This document shows positions 27,735 through 37,937 of a stretch of 53,485 nucleotides of DNA, one piece after another. Source of the DNA: a virus (Duplodnaviria > Caudoviricetes); IMG/VR virus record IMGVR_UViG_3300006076_000005, positions 1 to 53,485 of that record, one strand, 5' to 3'. The notes below the pieces were generated by a model, which was not told where the DNA came from, made no database searches, and saw only the letters and a list, made by a program, of their open reading frames with translations. The number at the start of each line of letters is the position of its first letter. The stretch's first letter is position 1. The position numbers and the translations under genes are program-made.

Positions 27735-28583
27735 TTAATAAATAGGTTTTATTGTTTTAGTTATCTCTAAATACAAAGACTGATCTTCTTGCTTTATGGA
27801 TCTTAAAACATCTTCATTACTCATATCGTAATACCAATGCTTTCTTAAAGCTAATTTATAAATGTATTTTCTTAACGCAATGGTTTCATGTTTAACATAC
27901 CAACTATCTCCAAAGATCCTGTAAATGATTTCGTTATAAGGTAGTATAGATAAATCATTTTTACCTAATTTATGTAATTTAGTATACCATTTATCTTTCT
28001 TCTTAAATTCACCGGTATGAGACTCAACGACTACAGCATTGTTATATTTAGTATAGTTTAATAAATCTAAACCTAAATGTGTTATAACAAATACATTATT
28101 AGTATGTATGAATTTATAGTCTGTTAATTTAAACAAACCAGGAACAACCGATTGTAAGGATTTGACAGCTTTACGTTGGGTTTTAGTTATTAGAGATTTT
28201 AGAGGATTAAGTTCATTTTCATCTAGCCAATTATGGAACTTTTTCATAGGAGTTTCGTAAGTTGGATAAAACACCCTAATATTAAATCCTGCTTCTTCTA
28301 AAGCTTGTAGAAAGGTTAAACTATCTTCTATAAATAGTTTTATTATCCTAACTTTACCCAAATCATTTTTAAGTAATCTTATCTTATCGTTGGTATTGCC
28401 TTCTAAACAACCTACTAAATTCCTATATAAGGTATAACCATTTATAAATATGGTATCTATTTTACTTATCTTATCTTTAGGATTAGTTTCTTTGTATTGT
28501 TGTATAGACTCTAATATTATACCTGTAGCTATGTTACAGCCTATACTACTGATAGCTTCACTATCTAATCTAACAGGGGTCAT
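27735..28583 (-). CDS. Conserved core protein (phiKZ gp66-like, possible degenerate PIN/5'-nuclease fold)
   Basis: IATG..LES, INGYTLYRN, ITH...DLL, ESHTG...WYTK, IFGD. Confidence 0.7.
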   Translation of the reverse strand: MTPVRLDSEAISSIGCNIATGIILESIQQYKETNPKDKISKIDTIFINGYTLYRNLVGCLEGNTNDKIRLLKNDLGKVRIIKLFIEDSLTFLQALEEAGFNIRVFYPTYETPMKKFHNWLDENELNPLKSLITKTQRKAVKSLQSVVPGLFKLTDYKFIHTNNVFVITHLGLDLLNYTKYNNAVVVESHTGEFKKKDKWYTKLHKLGKNDLSILPYNEIIYRIFGDSWYVKHETIALRKYIYKLALRKHWYYDMSNEDVLRSIKQEDQSLYLEITKTIKPIY

Positions 28584-28624
28584 AGTTTCTCCTTTTTCTA
28601 TTTTTCTACATTAGTTATCTATCG

Positions 28625-29758
28625 TTATATGTCGTTAGAGTTCAAGTTTTCAGTCACTATGTCGAATTCATCTAGAATAAGATTAAGTCTATCGATATCA
28701 TTAACTTTATTTTTTATATAATCTTTAATAGTTTTATCATCTAGCTTTATATCAGATATTCCGTTATTAGTTAATTTTAATTTAGAAATATTGTCTTTTT
28801 CCTTATCTTTTTTAACTTTTATTTTAAATTTTATTTCTGGAAACAGATTAGCTATATCTTGTAAGTTTTCATTAAGCTTATCTTCTGGGTTAACTAATAG
28901 AGCAATGTTACCTTTCTTTATTTTTGTTTTCTTTATATCTTCTATTATGTCTTTTAGAGTTTTGCCTCTAACATCTAGGGTTTTAAAAACCATAGCGTAT
29001 TTATTATCTAAAAACTTGAACATAAATCTATAGTTAATTTTATCATAAGTTATAAAACAACCTCCTTTATCTTCACCTTCATCGTTAAATGTTAGTCTAT
29101 CAAAACTTCCAGGAACTATAATGTTTTTATATTTACTTCTTGTATGTATGTGGCCTGATATAATAGGTCCTCCATATGTTAGGTTGGAGTATAGTTCCTC
29201 ATCGTGACAAACTTCAACCATCTCTGGTAGTTGATATTTAAAAGCTCCATGCATTGCCACTAAATCTACTTTTTCTAAATTATGTTTTTTTAGTTCATTT
29301 ACAACATCTTTATAAACATCTTCAGGTTTAGGTTTCCATTCGTCAGGTATATAAAGTATATCTATATCGAATTTATCTAAATGTTCTATAGATAGTTCTG
29401 TAACGTGTTTATAATCTATTTTAAGGTTCAATTCTTTAATAATGTTGTATAAAGCATTCATCTGTTTCATATCGTGACTCGGAGTTCCTTCTAATGTTCT
29501 TACAACTATATTAAGTTCTTCACATAGTTTTAAAAATTTAGTCAAGAACTTCTGTATTTCTATATAGTCTAGACTATTAGTAGATAATAATCTGTCATAA
29601 ATATCTCCTGGTATTATAACCATATCAGATTTCTGTAAATATGACATGTGTTTATTTAAGAATAATGTTAAATTATTTATAATGTTGGTTGCTTTATTTA
29701 TGTGGTGTCCTAAATGTATGTCTGATATAACAAACATAGTTATTTTACTTTTTGTCAT
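28625..29758 (-). CDS. sbcD: SbcD/Mre11-like metallophosphoesterase nuclease (phiKZ gp65-like)
   Basis: SDIHLG, GDIYD, LEGTPSHD, MHG, GHIH, GSFDRL. Confidence 0.92.
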   Translation of the reverse strand: MTKSKITMFVISDIHLGHHINKATNIINNLTLFLNKHMSYLQKSDMVIIPGDIYDRLLSTNSLDYIEIQKFLTKFLKLCEELNIVVRTLEGTPSHDMKQMNALYNIIKELNLKIDYKHVTELSIEHLDKFDIDILYIPDEWKPKPEDVYKDVVNELKKHNLEKVDLVAMHGAFKYQLPEMVEVCHDEELYSNLTYGGPIISGHIHTRSKYKNIIVPGSFDRLTFNDEGEDKGGCFITYDKINYRFMFKFLDNKYAMVFKTLDVRGKTLKDIIEDIKKTKIKKGNIALLVNPEDKLNENLQDIANLFPEIKFKIKVKKDKEKDNISKLKLTNNGISDIKLDDKTIKDYIKNKVNDIDRLNLILDEFDIVTENLNSNDI

Positions 29759-29806
29759 AAGCGATCCTTTCGATAAATTGAAATTTTTTACAACAAGGAG
29801 TTGTCT

Positions 29807-30241
29807 ATGGAAAAAATATCTATACCTACTTTAACAGATAGAAAATTTGATACCGATATTAATAATATTCTATTAAAAATATACCAGTATTATGTAACTT
29901 CAGATTATGGTCAGACTTTAAGTTATTATGGGTATGTTAAATCATTAAGAGCTTCTCTTAAGAAAGCTGATTATAAACCAGAAAGTGTTAAGGAGACTAT
30001 ATATGAAGATCTTTCAGATATACTGTATAACTATTTTGGTAATAATGCCGAAGTCGAAGTCGATGTAAAAGAAACAAAAAAAGATAATAGAATCTACTAT
30101 ATTGTTTACATTAATTTAACAGTTAATGTGGACGGTAAAACATATATACTTAATAATAAAATAGAAAGTTCTGATCTTAAAGACCTAACATTTAATGATT
30201 ATTTAGATTATTTATTACAAGGAGGACCTGATGAAAACTAA
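29807..30241 (+). CDS. Conserved phiKZ-like protein, possibly T4 gp25-like baseplate subunit
   Basis: IPTL..., SDYGQT..Y.G.V.SL motif; SD AAGGAG. Confidence 0.6.
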   Translation: MEKISIPTLTDRKFDTDINNILLKIYQYYVTSDYGQTLSYYGYVKSLRASLKKADYKPESVKETIYEDLSDILYNYFGNNAEVEVDVKETKKDNRIYYIVYINLTVNVDGKTYILNNKIESSDLKDLTFNDYLDYLLQGGPDEN

Positions 30242-30851
30242 CAAAGAAGTAAAAAGCTTAAAGGATGTTGTTAAAATCAAACGTAATGAGGAACTAAAAG
30301 AGCTGGAAAATTTATCTCAAGATTTAGATAAAATTGCGCATAGTCCTAGTAGAATAACATTAGAAGAATTCGAGACTTATTTTTTACCATATATCATAAA
30401 CGAAGTTGAGAAAGATGAAACCAACAATTTTATTTTTGTTAATAACTTCTTAGAGAAAACAAATCGTAGTTGGTTTAGAGAAATAGAAGTAGTTGATCCA
30501 AAAGGAAATGTGTTGTTTATTTTACCGCCTTTAGCAGTAGATGTTGATATAAAAGAAAATAGTGATGTTGTTGTAAATAAAATAGTTACTAAGTATTACA
30601 ACATGATAAAAAATGGTTATTATAATTCTGAAAAAGAATTAGCTGAAGGTTTAGCAAATATTCTCTCTAATTTAAAAGTAGATGAAGAGAAGTATAAGAA
30701 GTATATAGTAGAATACAATAAAATATTTATAAGCTATAAAGATAGATTTTTAAAAGCTTATAAAAGAAGAAAAGGTATACCTTTAGAAAAAGAAACTAGT
30801 AATAAAAAACCGAACACAATAACAGAAGAAGACGATATTTTTGATTATTAA
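30231..30851 (+). CDS. Conserved phiKZ-like hypothetical protein
   Basis: I..EEF..YFLP, EIEVVD..G.VLF.LPPL motif; acidic tail. Confidence 0.7.
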   Translation: MKTNKEVKSLKDVVKIKRNEELKELENLSQDLDKIAHSPSRITLEEFETYFLPYIINEVEKDETNNFIFVNNFLEKTNRSWFREIEVVDPKGNVLFILPPLAVDVDIKENSDVVVNKIVTKYYNMIKNGYYNSEKELAEGLANILSNLKVDEEKYKKYIVEYNKIFISYKDRFLKAYKRRKGIPLEKETSNKKPNTITEEDDIFDY

Positions 30852-30856
30852 AAAAT

Positions 30857-30890
30857 ACCTATAGAGAGGTCTATAAGCCTCTCTATAGGT
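30857..30890. terminator. Bidirectional hairpin terminator
   Basis: ACCTATAGAGAGG...CCTCTCTATAGGT. Confidence 0.75.
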
Positions 30891-31251
30891 TGTTAATAAA
30901 TTTTGTATTATAGAGATACTCAACCATTGTAAGTCTGTCTATGCTATATCCAGATGGTAATTTATTATCCTCTATTTTAGTTATAAGATAGTAAAATGTT
31001 TCATTGTTTAAATTTACTTTAAACATATAAGGGGCATTAGTTTCTATCTTATCATCAAGTTGTTTTATAAATTCTGATAGTAGGATCTCTTTTAAAATAG
31101 CGTGGAAAGTTATTGTATTTTGTGCTAATGATATTTTATCGTCTATATCATAGCTCCTTATTTGTTTTATAATATTATTAATGTGTTCTGTTAATAATCT
31201 TTCATTAATCTTTACTTTTATTTCATTGCTTTCTAGATTAAAAATTATCAT
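30883..31251 (-). CDS. Hypothetical protein
   Basis: 122-aa ORF coupled by an ATGA overlap to the upstream gene. Confidence 0.65.
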   Translation of the reverse strand: MIIFNLESNEIKVKINERLLTEHINNIIKQIRSYDIDDKISLAQNTITFHAILKEILLSEFIKQLDDKIETNAPYMFKVNLNNETFYYLITKIEDNKLPSGYSIDRLTMVEYLYNTKFINNL

Positions 31252-32609
31252 TGTCTTACTCCTATTAAAATGTCTGTTGATACTACTTTTTTCTGCACCA
31301 TATATGAAAAGCTAACATTATGAACTACACCAGTATAAGTTATAGGTCTATTGTTATCAACCGTTATATATTTAACAGGCATACCTGGATATAAAAATAT
31401 GGGATTAGTATTGACTAGATGCATATGAAAAAATTTAGTTTGGTATTTTTGAAACCTAGCTAAATGTCTTAATATGTTGGAATCAAAATCGACATTCTCT
31501 ATATTAATAAAGTTTCTAAGTTGTTCGTCTAACCTAAACTTTTCGTTATAATTGGAAGTGTCTATAGATGTTCTTACAAATCTTTCTGTATCTACTCTAT
31601 AACCGCCCAACATGTTTTCTGATAATGCAACATCTATACCTGTTATGGTATTATATTTTTCTCTTTCTAACTTAAGTATTTTTTCAGAATTCGTAACTAT
31701 TATTTTATATAAACCATCTTTATAATAAGCTTCTATATCATTTTTAGACATATCTGGATTAGTGGGTTCTAATATAACAAGTTTGGGCATAATAGTTTCG
31801 TTATTAAATCTCTCTTTATCAAATACAGGATATATGTATATACCGTAGTGATTAGGATCAGTTCCAGAAACATGTAAATTAGTGAAATAAACATTAAGTC
31901 CACCATTGTATACACCAAACATATCTTCTTGCATTATCACTGGCAAGGCTATAAGTTTGGTTCCTGATTTTATTAAAATATTATCATAAAGTTTTTCATT
32001 ATCTGGTTTATAAACGAATAGGTCATAATCTAAAGGTTGCGAGAATACAGTTAAGTTTTTTAGATGTTTATGGAAAATAGAAGTTAGGAACTCTTCTATT
32101 GTTATCTTATCATAATCACTATCGTTACCTTTTTCTTTAAATTTTCTATATATCCCGTTTATATAAATTGTTTTTAAAATTAAAAATAGTGGAGATATAC
32201 ATTGTCCTTTAACCTCTTGTAATTCATGTTTATTAAGATCTTCTGCATCAACGCTACCTAATTGTCCTCCTAGTTCTTCCTTATCTATATCTGGTATAAA
32301 CTTGTATCTATTTATTAAAGGTTTTCTTTTACCTTTATATTTTAAAATTATAGTCATTTCTAAGTTATCTCTATCCTTTAATATCCATTCTTTGTAATAA
32401 CCTTTAGGTAATAGAAAACTAACCATTATTTTATCTGTTATATTATCTGTATAGTTTCTTTCTACGTGGAATTGAAAGAAATGTTCTATATAAAGATCTA
32501 TATTCTTATTATGTAAATATACTTTAAATTCAGGAAATTCGAATTTTTTAGATTTCCCTATAACAGATAATGCTTCAGCGTCTATAGCTGTGTTTCTCTT
32601 AAATACCAT
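31248..32609 (-). CDS. Virion structural protein (phiKZ gp101-like, probable baseplate hub)
   Basis: RNY...TD, PDN...Y..I.I..GT.L..LP..MQ...GVY..G, LYPGMPV motifs; synteny. Confidence 0.7.
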   Translation of the reverse strand: MVFKRNTAIDAEALSVIGKSKKFEFPEFKVYLHNKNIDLYIEHFFQFHVERNYTDNITDKIMVSFLLPKGYYKEWILKDRDNLEMTIILKYKGKRKPLINRYKFIPDIDKEELGGQLGSVDAEDLNKHELQEVKGQCISPLFLILKTIYINGIYRKFKEKGNDSDYDKITIEEFLTSIFHKHLKNLTVFSQPLDYDLFVYKPDNEKLYDNILIKSGTKLIALPVIMQEDMFGVYNGGLNVYFTNLHVSGTDPNHYGIYIYPVFDKERFNNETIMPKLVILEPTNPDMSKNDIEAYYKDGLYKIIVTNSEKILKLEREKYNTITGIDVALSENMLGGYRVDTERFVRTSIDTSNYNEKFRLDEQLRNFINIENVDFDSNILRHLARFQKYQTKFFHMHLVNTNPIFLYPGMPVKYITVDNNRPITYTGVVHNVSFSYMVQKKVVSTDILIGVRQ

Positions 32610-32618
32610 TTTTACTCC

Positions 32619-33182
32619 TTAAAATTCTAAATCGTCTAGGCTGCCTATATTAATAATTTTACCATCTGATCTATGTATAGTTACGCCATTAGGAGGTGTT
32701 ACATCATTAGTTAATAATCTATTCTGCAAAGCCAAAATAGAACCAGATTCTTCTAATTTTTTTCTGTTCTCTATTTCAAATAGTTCTTCTATCTCTTTTT
32801 CTCTACCCTCTATTATAGCATTATAGAAATCTTCTATTAATTCAAAAATTTGTTCATTCTCAGGTGTTATCATAGGTTCTAGTTCATCCAGTAATTTGCT
32901 AACATTTTCTACAACTACTTTTAAACCTTTACGCGTAGGAACTTTTACAGTATAACCTTGGTTATAGATTTGTATAACCATAGATAAAGGTAAATAAACC
33001 TGTGTATATTTAAACAAGCTTTTCTTAATAGGTTCTCCGTCTTTGTAATCATATGGTACGCCATCTTGCTCCAATTCAGCTTCTGTAAGCAATGCGATCC
33101 TTGGAACCTTTACTGTAATATAGATATTGTCAAACTTACTTACAACTCTTTTGAGCATTGCGAATGATACTCTTCTTCTCAT
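32619..33182 (-). CDS. Conserved protein (phiKZ gp100-like by synteny)
   Basis: SD AGGAG before ATG 33182; lies between the gp99- and gp101-like genes. Confidence 0.6.
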   Translation of the reverse strand: MRRRVSFAMLKRVVSKFDNIYITVKVPRIALLTEAELEQDGVPYDYKDGEPIKKSLFKYTQVYLPLSMVIQIYNQGYTVKVPTRKGLKVVVENVSKLLDELEPMITPENEQIFELIEDFYNAIIEGREKEIEELFEIENRKKLEESGSILALQNRLLTNDVTPPNGVTIHRSDGKIINIGSLDDLEF

Positions 33183-33210
33183 AACCAACTCCTTGTAAAT
33201 AAATAATCAT

Positions 33211-33242
33211 AGGATAGTTCGTGTTTGAACACGAACTATCCT
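33211..33242. terminator. Hairpin terminator
   Basis: AGGATAGTTCGTGTT-tg-AACACGAACTATCCT. Confidence 0.7.
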
Positions 33243-33247
33243 GTTTA

Positions 33248-34492
33248 TTAAACAAATGGTACAGTAAAAGTAGTAACATAGAATTTGTGTAATAATAGGA
33301 GTATGGGTAAATAATAGAATAGGTGCTCCTCATTGAGTAAATGTAGATTTTCGTATAGTTCCGTTAAATCATCAAATTCTATAGGTTCTCTTAATATCAT
33401 GCTTAATACAAGTTGCTCGAATAGTGTTAAATTCTCAGTATCTATCTCATCGTCTCTCTTTATTACATCATATATCTCTTTTCTAAAGATATATCTACCG
33501 TCAGGTAAGTATGGGTACAATTCATTTATTATACCATTGTCTTTATAATCGCCAGATCCTTTAAGTTCTAATATATAATCTATACAACTATAAGACAATG
33601 ATGAAAGATAAGGATTAATAGGAAATCTAGCCGGTTTGTTTTCAACACAGAACTCTTTTATTCTACCAGTAGGTTGGTTAGAGTCTATTAGATAATCTAA
33701 AATAGATAAACTCTCTGATTTTAAACCCACTATATTAAGTTCAACAGACAGATTACTATAACCTATAACTTTATCTATAAAATTCTCCATTTCAGGATCA
33801 TAGATTATGTTATTATGTTCATTTTCATATGTTAAGTAGAATTCATGATCAGGGATTATAAAGGTTTCTTGGAAAAGATTAACCATTTTTTCTATACGTC
33901 TAAATATCTCTTCTCTTTCTACAAAATCTTCTTTTTTATATAAAGGTTGCGTATGTGTTTGTCTATATTCATCATTGTAGATAAGTTCTTCTGTAGTAGA
34001 CTCTAATAGTTTCTTAATAAGAGGATCTTCTAAATTTTCATATTCTCCATAAAGCATAAAACTTATTTTAAACATATTGTCGTTATTATAATTAAATCTT
34101 TCAACACTTTCTATAGTAAATATAACGTTTTTACCATCTATTAACTTAGCTATAAAGAGATCATTTGGATTAGGTATAAAATCTATATCTATAATAGCTT
34201 CGCCTTTTAGATCATCTCCTATACCCTCTGGTAAGGGTTCTTGTAGGTATAATGTTAGATTGTCTATTCTGATATAGTCTTGCAATGTAGGATCTAAATT
34301 AGGATCATACTCGGTTACTTGAACCATTTCATTTATAAGTCTATGAAAATAGGTTACTTTCCATTTGTGACCTTGAATAAAAGCTCTAACAGGTTCATCA
34401 ACTACCTCACTTCTAAACAATGGCACAAGTGATCTATCTTCTTTCTCTTTGATCTCTGCTTCTAACTCTTTTTTTAAACCATATATAGGCAT
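33248..34492 (-). CDS. Virion neck protein (phiKZ gp99-like)
   Basis: I.G..W.VTYF, QDY.RI, PNPNDLFIA...DG, FYYLPILL. Confidence 0.72.
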   Translation of the reverse strand: MPIYGLKKELEAEIKEKEDRSLVPLFRSEVVDEPVRAFIQGHKWKVTYFHRLINEMVQVTEYDPNLDPTLQDYIRIDNLTLYLQEPLPEGIGDDLKGEAIIDIDFIPNPNDLFIAKLIDGKNVIFTIESVERFNYNNDNMFKISFMLYGEYENLEDPLIKKLLESTTEELIYNDEYRQTHTQPLYKKEDFVEREEIFRRIEKMVNLFQETFIIPDHEFYLTYENEHNNIIYDPEMENFIDKVIGYSNLSVELNIVGLKSESLSILDYLIDSNQPTGRIKEFCVENKPARFPINPYLSSLSYSCIDYILELKGSGDYKDNGIINELYPYLPDGRYIFRKEIYDVIKRDDEIDTENLTLFEQLVLSMILREPIEFDDLTELYENLHLLNEEHLFYYLPILLLLHKFYVTTFTVPFV

Positions 34493-34507
34493 TATAACTC
34501 CTTTCTA

Positions 34508-35887
34508 TCAGTCTTTATTAACACCATACTTATGCAGTAATAATTCACTATTACTCGTTATGATGTTTATGTTAAGTTCTTTAAATAGTTTTTTTGTATC
34601 GTTTATGACATCTTCTTCTTTTTTATCTATATAACTTAAGTCTATAATAAACTTAAATATGATATGGTAAACTTTTGTTATATTCATAGGTTCTTTAGTT
34701 CTTACATTGTTATTTTCATCCACATAGAGACCAAGATCTTTTATATTGTTACCCTCATATAGTTCTAATAACACGCCTGTCTTACCTAGTCTTGTTATAT
34801 TAGAACCTCTTCTTTTCATATATTCTACAAGGTTATCAGGTAGTCCTATATATTTTAAATCATCAAGATTAAACAATAAATCTGGTTGGTCTTTATCTAC
34901 TTCTATAAGTAATGATAGGAAATTAATATTCCATATTTTTTTATTAGGATCAGGCATTAGAGCAAAGTTGTCATAATTAGGTACTTTGAATATAATGTCT
35001 TCTTCATTTTTCATACCTAAGGAATACTCTACTAACCAAGATCTTAATAATAAAGTAAAATCTATATTAGGAGTAACTTTAGCAAAAGTTTCTTCACCCA
35101 ACCATACTTTACTAAGGGGTTTGTTATTAATTAATATAGGATATTGAACAAACAAACTAATAGGATTATCAAATGTTACTCTATAATCAAATTCAAATAT
35201 GTATTCAGGTACATCATTTCTTGTTATTTCTATATTTTCAGGATTAGTTTTAAAACTACCATATCTATTCATTTGTTTACCTCTATAAACTGGTATCTTA
35301 TATTCACTACCTCTTTTTACAGCAGCATCTAGTTCTTTAATAGCTATACTATTAAGGTAATCTATAACATCTATATCTAAACCTTTCAATGTCTTTATTT
35401 CATTAGCTAAAACTATTACATTATACGGGAATAGAAAGCTATATTCAAGGTTATGACTACATACATAATTAGTAGTGTAATAGAAATTAAGTAGTTTAGA
35501 TTTTAAGTTTAATAGTTCTTGTTTGGATTGTGATCTAAATCTATAATGTAAATTAATTTCAGTCTGTCTAAATAATGGTCTTATAGAAAATCCATTATCT
35601 TTATCTAAAACAATAGGAACTGTTCTATAACGTATATAAGAAGTGGTTATAGCTAATTCTTCGGTTGGTTTTATTTCATATTCTATATCTAAAGTCGGTC
35701 CTCCTAAAGTATTGTCATAAACATAATCTGGAAATTCAACATTTTCTCTATCGTACTTAGTTTTAAGATATAGGAATGCGTTAAAATCCTTAATAAATCT
35801 GGACATAATATCATTAGTTATCTGTTTTATAATTTTATTATAAACAGTTATTTCTTGTCCTTCTATATTAGCTATTTTTGTTATCAT
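34508..35887 (-). CDS. Virion structural protein (phiKZ gp98-like, neck/tail terminator)
   Basis: PI..D......I.P, H.LEY, F..P......YP..INN; synteny. Confidence 0.7.
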   Translation of the reverse strand: MITKIANIEGQEITVYNKIIKQITNDIMSRFIKDFNAFLYLKTKYDRENVEFPDYVYDNTLGGPTLDIEYEIKPTEELAITTSYIRYRTVPIVLDKDNGFSIRPLFRQTEINLHYRFRSQSKQELLNLKSKLLNFYYTTNYVCSHNLEYSFLFPYNVIVLANEIKTLKGLDIDVIDYLNSIAIKELDAAVKRGSEYKIPVYRGKQMNRYGSFKTNPENIEITRNDVPEYIFEFDYRVTFDNPISLFVQYPILINNKPLSKVWLGEETFAKVTPNIDFTLLLRSWLVEYSLGMKNEEDIIFKVPNYDNFALMPDPNKKIWNINFLSLLIEVDKDQPDLLFNLDDLKYIGLPDNLVEYMKRRGSNITRLGKTGVLLELYEGNNIKDLGLYVDENNNVRTKEPMNITKVYHIIFKFIIDLSYIDKKEEDVINDTKKLFKELNINIITSNSELLLHKYGVNKD

Positions 35888-35914
35888 AATTACTCCTTAA
35901 AGAGATTTTTTCAT

Positions 35915-35952
35915 AGCAAGTAGGGCGTTGGTTTTACGACGCCCTACTTGCT
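35915..35952. terminator. Hairpin terminator
   Basis: AGCAAGTAGGGCGT...ACGCCCTACTTGCT. Confidence 0.7.
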
Positions 35953-36443
35953 TCTACATTAAAGTAATTCTTATAAAAATCTTCAATTCTATAGATCAAT
36001 TTTTTAATATCTAAATCAGGTCTTTGTAATTCTAACATAATAATAATTTTAGATAAAGCATATAAGAGATTAGCTGGTTTATGTTCTAGAACAGATAATC
36101 TAGTTTCTATATCAGTTAGGACTGTATCTTTTCCGCCTATAGGCGAAACTGACCTATCGTTTATAATTACTTCTAGATTATATGTGGTCTCAGTTGTTAT
36201 AATAGTATCTATTGTCTCCATTAGATTTAACATATCCTTTATGCCAAATAACTCATAGACTCTTCCATCAACATTATCTGTTTTTTCTTTTGTAAGTTTT
36301 TTTATATCCTTAGCTATCTCATACATAGGTCTATCTAGAAATCTTAAAACATTATTATCTAAGTTTACCAGATGACCTATATTGTTCTGTCTATTGAATT
36401 TTGTTTTATTTTTCCCTAAACGCAAATTAACTGGTAACAACAT
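35934..36443 (-). CDS. Hypothetical (probable head) protein
   Basis: 169-aa ORF immediately after the head-protein paralogues. Confidence 0.6.
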   Translation of the reverse strand: MLLPVNLRLGKNKTKFNRQNNIGHLVNLDNNVLRFLDRPMYEIAKDIKKLTKEKTDNVDGRVYELFGIKDMLNLMETIDTIITTETTYNLEVIINDRSVSPIGGKDTVLTDIETRLSVLEHKPANLLYALSKIIIMLELQRPDLDIKKLIYRIEDFYKNYFNVEASRAS

Positions 36444-36444
36444 A

Positions 36445-37863
36445 TTAACTCCTTTTAATATAGTTTTTTACAAAATTATTTATAGCTTCTTCCGCTACTT
36501 TTTTCTTTTCTTTTTCCTCTTTTTCTTTTAACTTCTTAATCTCTATAACTGCCGCATTGTTAATGTCTAGTAAAACACTATAAAGTTCATTAGCAAAGTT
36601 TCCATATGTAGTTATAATAGTTATAATGCTCTTAATAGAATTAGTATAAACTACTAATATATTTTTAACTTCTCCAAACACTTTTTTATATTTTTCATCA
36701 ACACTTTCGACTTTTATTCCGTTAATATCGTTACCTATCTTTGTACACTCGTTCCCTAAATCGCTTATAGTATCGGTAAATTTGTTATAGATATTATCAA
36801 AACTAGTTTTATTAACTTCTTTAATATCTGTATCTTTATCTATCATAACGCTATTAGCTTCTATATTAACACCAATGTTCTTTTCAGTATTTTTTATTTG
36901 TTTAGTTTTATTGCCCTCTAAACTATATGATTCCACAGTAGCTTTTTCTTCTTTAAAGTTTAGTCCTATTTTAGTAGCAAAACTATTTTTAGGTATTTCG
37001 GTAAGAACTTCTTTATTAAAGATAGAGTCTTCTATAAATCTTATAAACTTATTGTTAATCTTTACAACATGAAATGGATCTTTAAGACTATTTAAAAAGA
37101 AATTAGTAAAAGCTAAACTACCATCTACAAACTTATCTTCTCCTTTAGCTATAGATGTTAACACATCAACAGGTGTGACATTATTTTTTAAATCATCTTT
37201 TAATTTCTTAATAACATCTGTTAAATTTAATAGGATTTTATTAACGAATTCTTCAGCTGTATCTAAAGATTTAGTTATATAAACATACAAGATATTGTTT
37301 TCTAGATAGAACATATTTTCTACTTTAACGTTTTTATCTAGTAGAATAGCAACTTTAATTAGCTTATCTAATAGCTTTTTAGCCTCATCGTTAGGTATAG
37401 CTAAAGGATCTTTTAACTTAGGAAAATCTTTTATCTCTTTAATAGTGGAGTTGATACTATCACATTTATCTTTGTTAGATTTTGTTTTAGATTTAAATAA
37501 ACTTTTAAACCAATCCGCTATCTTACCTAATAGTTCTCCTATCTTTTCAAATATCTTACCTATAAATTCAAATATTTTATCAAAGATATCTTTTATAGCA
37601 TCTCCTATACCTTCCTGTGCTATAATTGTCATAGGGTATCTTATTGTTTCATGTTTAATGTTTAATTCCTCGCAAGTTATTGTTAGATACTTGTTTATTA
37701 TTTTTAATTCTGTATCAGTAAGAGTTATGTTCTCATTAGCGCTTACAATATTGTCTGCTTTTTCTAAATAAGTTATCGCTTTGTTAATCTTTAGAGATTC
37801 ATTAACTATCTGGTTAAATTCGTTTTCAATATTGATGATGTCTACTAAAATAGCTTCTGCCAT
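36445..37863 (-). CDS. Internal head/ejection protein paralogue (phiKZ gp93-97 family)
   Basis: Acidic propeptide, IAQE|GIGDAIKDIFDKIFEFIGKIF amphipathic helix. Confidence 0.75.
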   Translation of the reverse strand: MAEAILVDIINIENEFNQIVNESLKINKAITYLEKADNIVSANENITLTDTELKIINKYLTITCEELNIKHETIRYPMTIIAQEGIGDAIKDIFDKIFEFIGKIFEKIGELLGKIADWFKSLFKSKTKSNKDKCDSINSTIKEIKDFPKLKDPLAIPNDEAKKLLDKLIKVAILLDKNVKVENMFYLENNILYVYITKSLDTAEEFVNKILLNLTDVIKKLKDDLKNNVTPVDVLTSIAKGEDKFVDGSLAFTNFFLNSLKDPFHVVKINNKFIRFIEDSIFNKEVLTEIPKNSFATKIGLNFKEEKATVESYSLEGNKTKQIKNTEKNIGVNIEANSVMIDKDTDIKEVNKTSFDNIYNKFTDTISDLGNECTKIGNDINGIKVESVDEKYKKVFGEVKNILVVYTNSIKSIITIITTYGNFANELYSVLLDINNAAVIEIKKLKEKEEKEKKKVAEEAINNFVKNYIKRS

Positions 37864-37904
37864 TATTTACTCCTTGTATGTTTTTTATTAAAAAATAATT
37901 CAAG

Positions 37905-37934
37905 ACAAGACGGAGTCTTAAGACTCCGTCTTGT
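37905..37934. terminator. Perfect 30-bp palindrome / terminator
   Basis: ACAAGACGGAGTCTTAAGACTCCGTCTTGT. Confidence 0.7.
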
Positions 37935-37937
37935 TTG

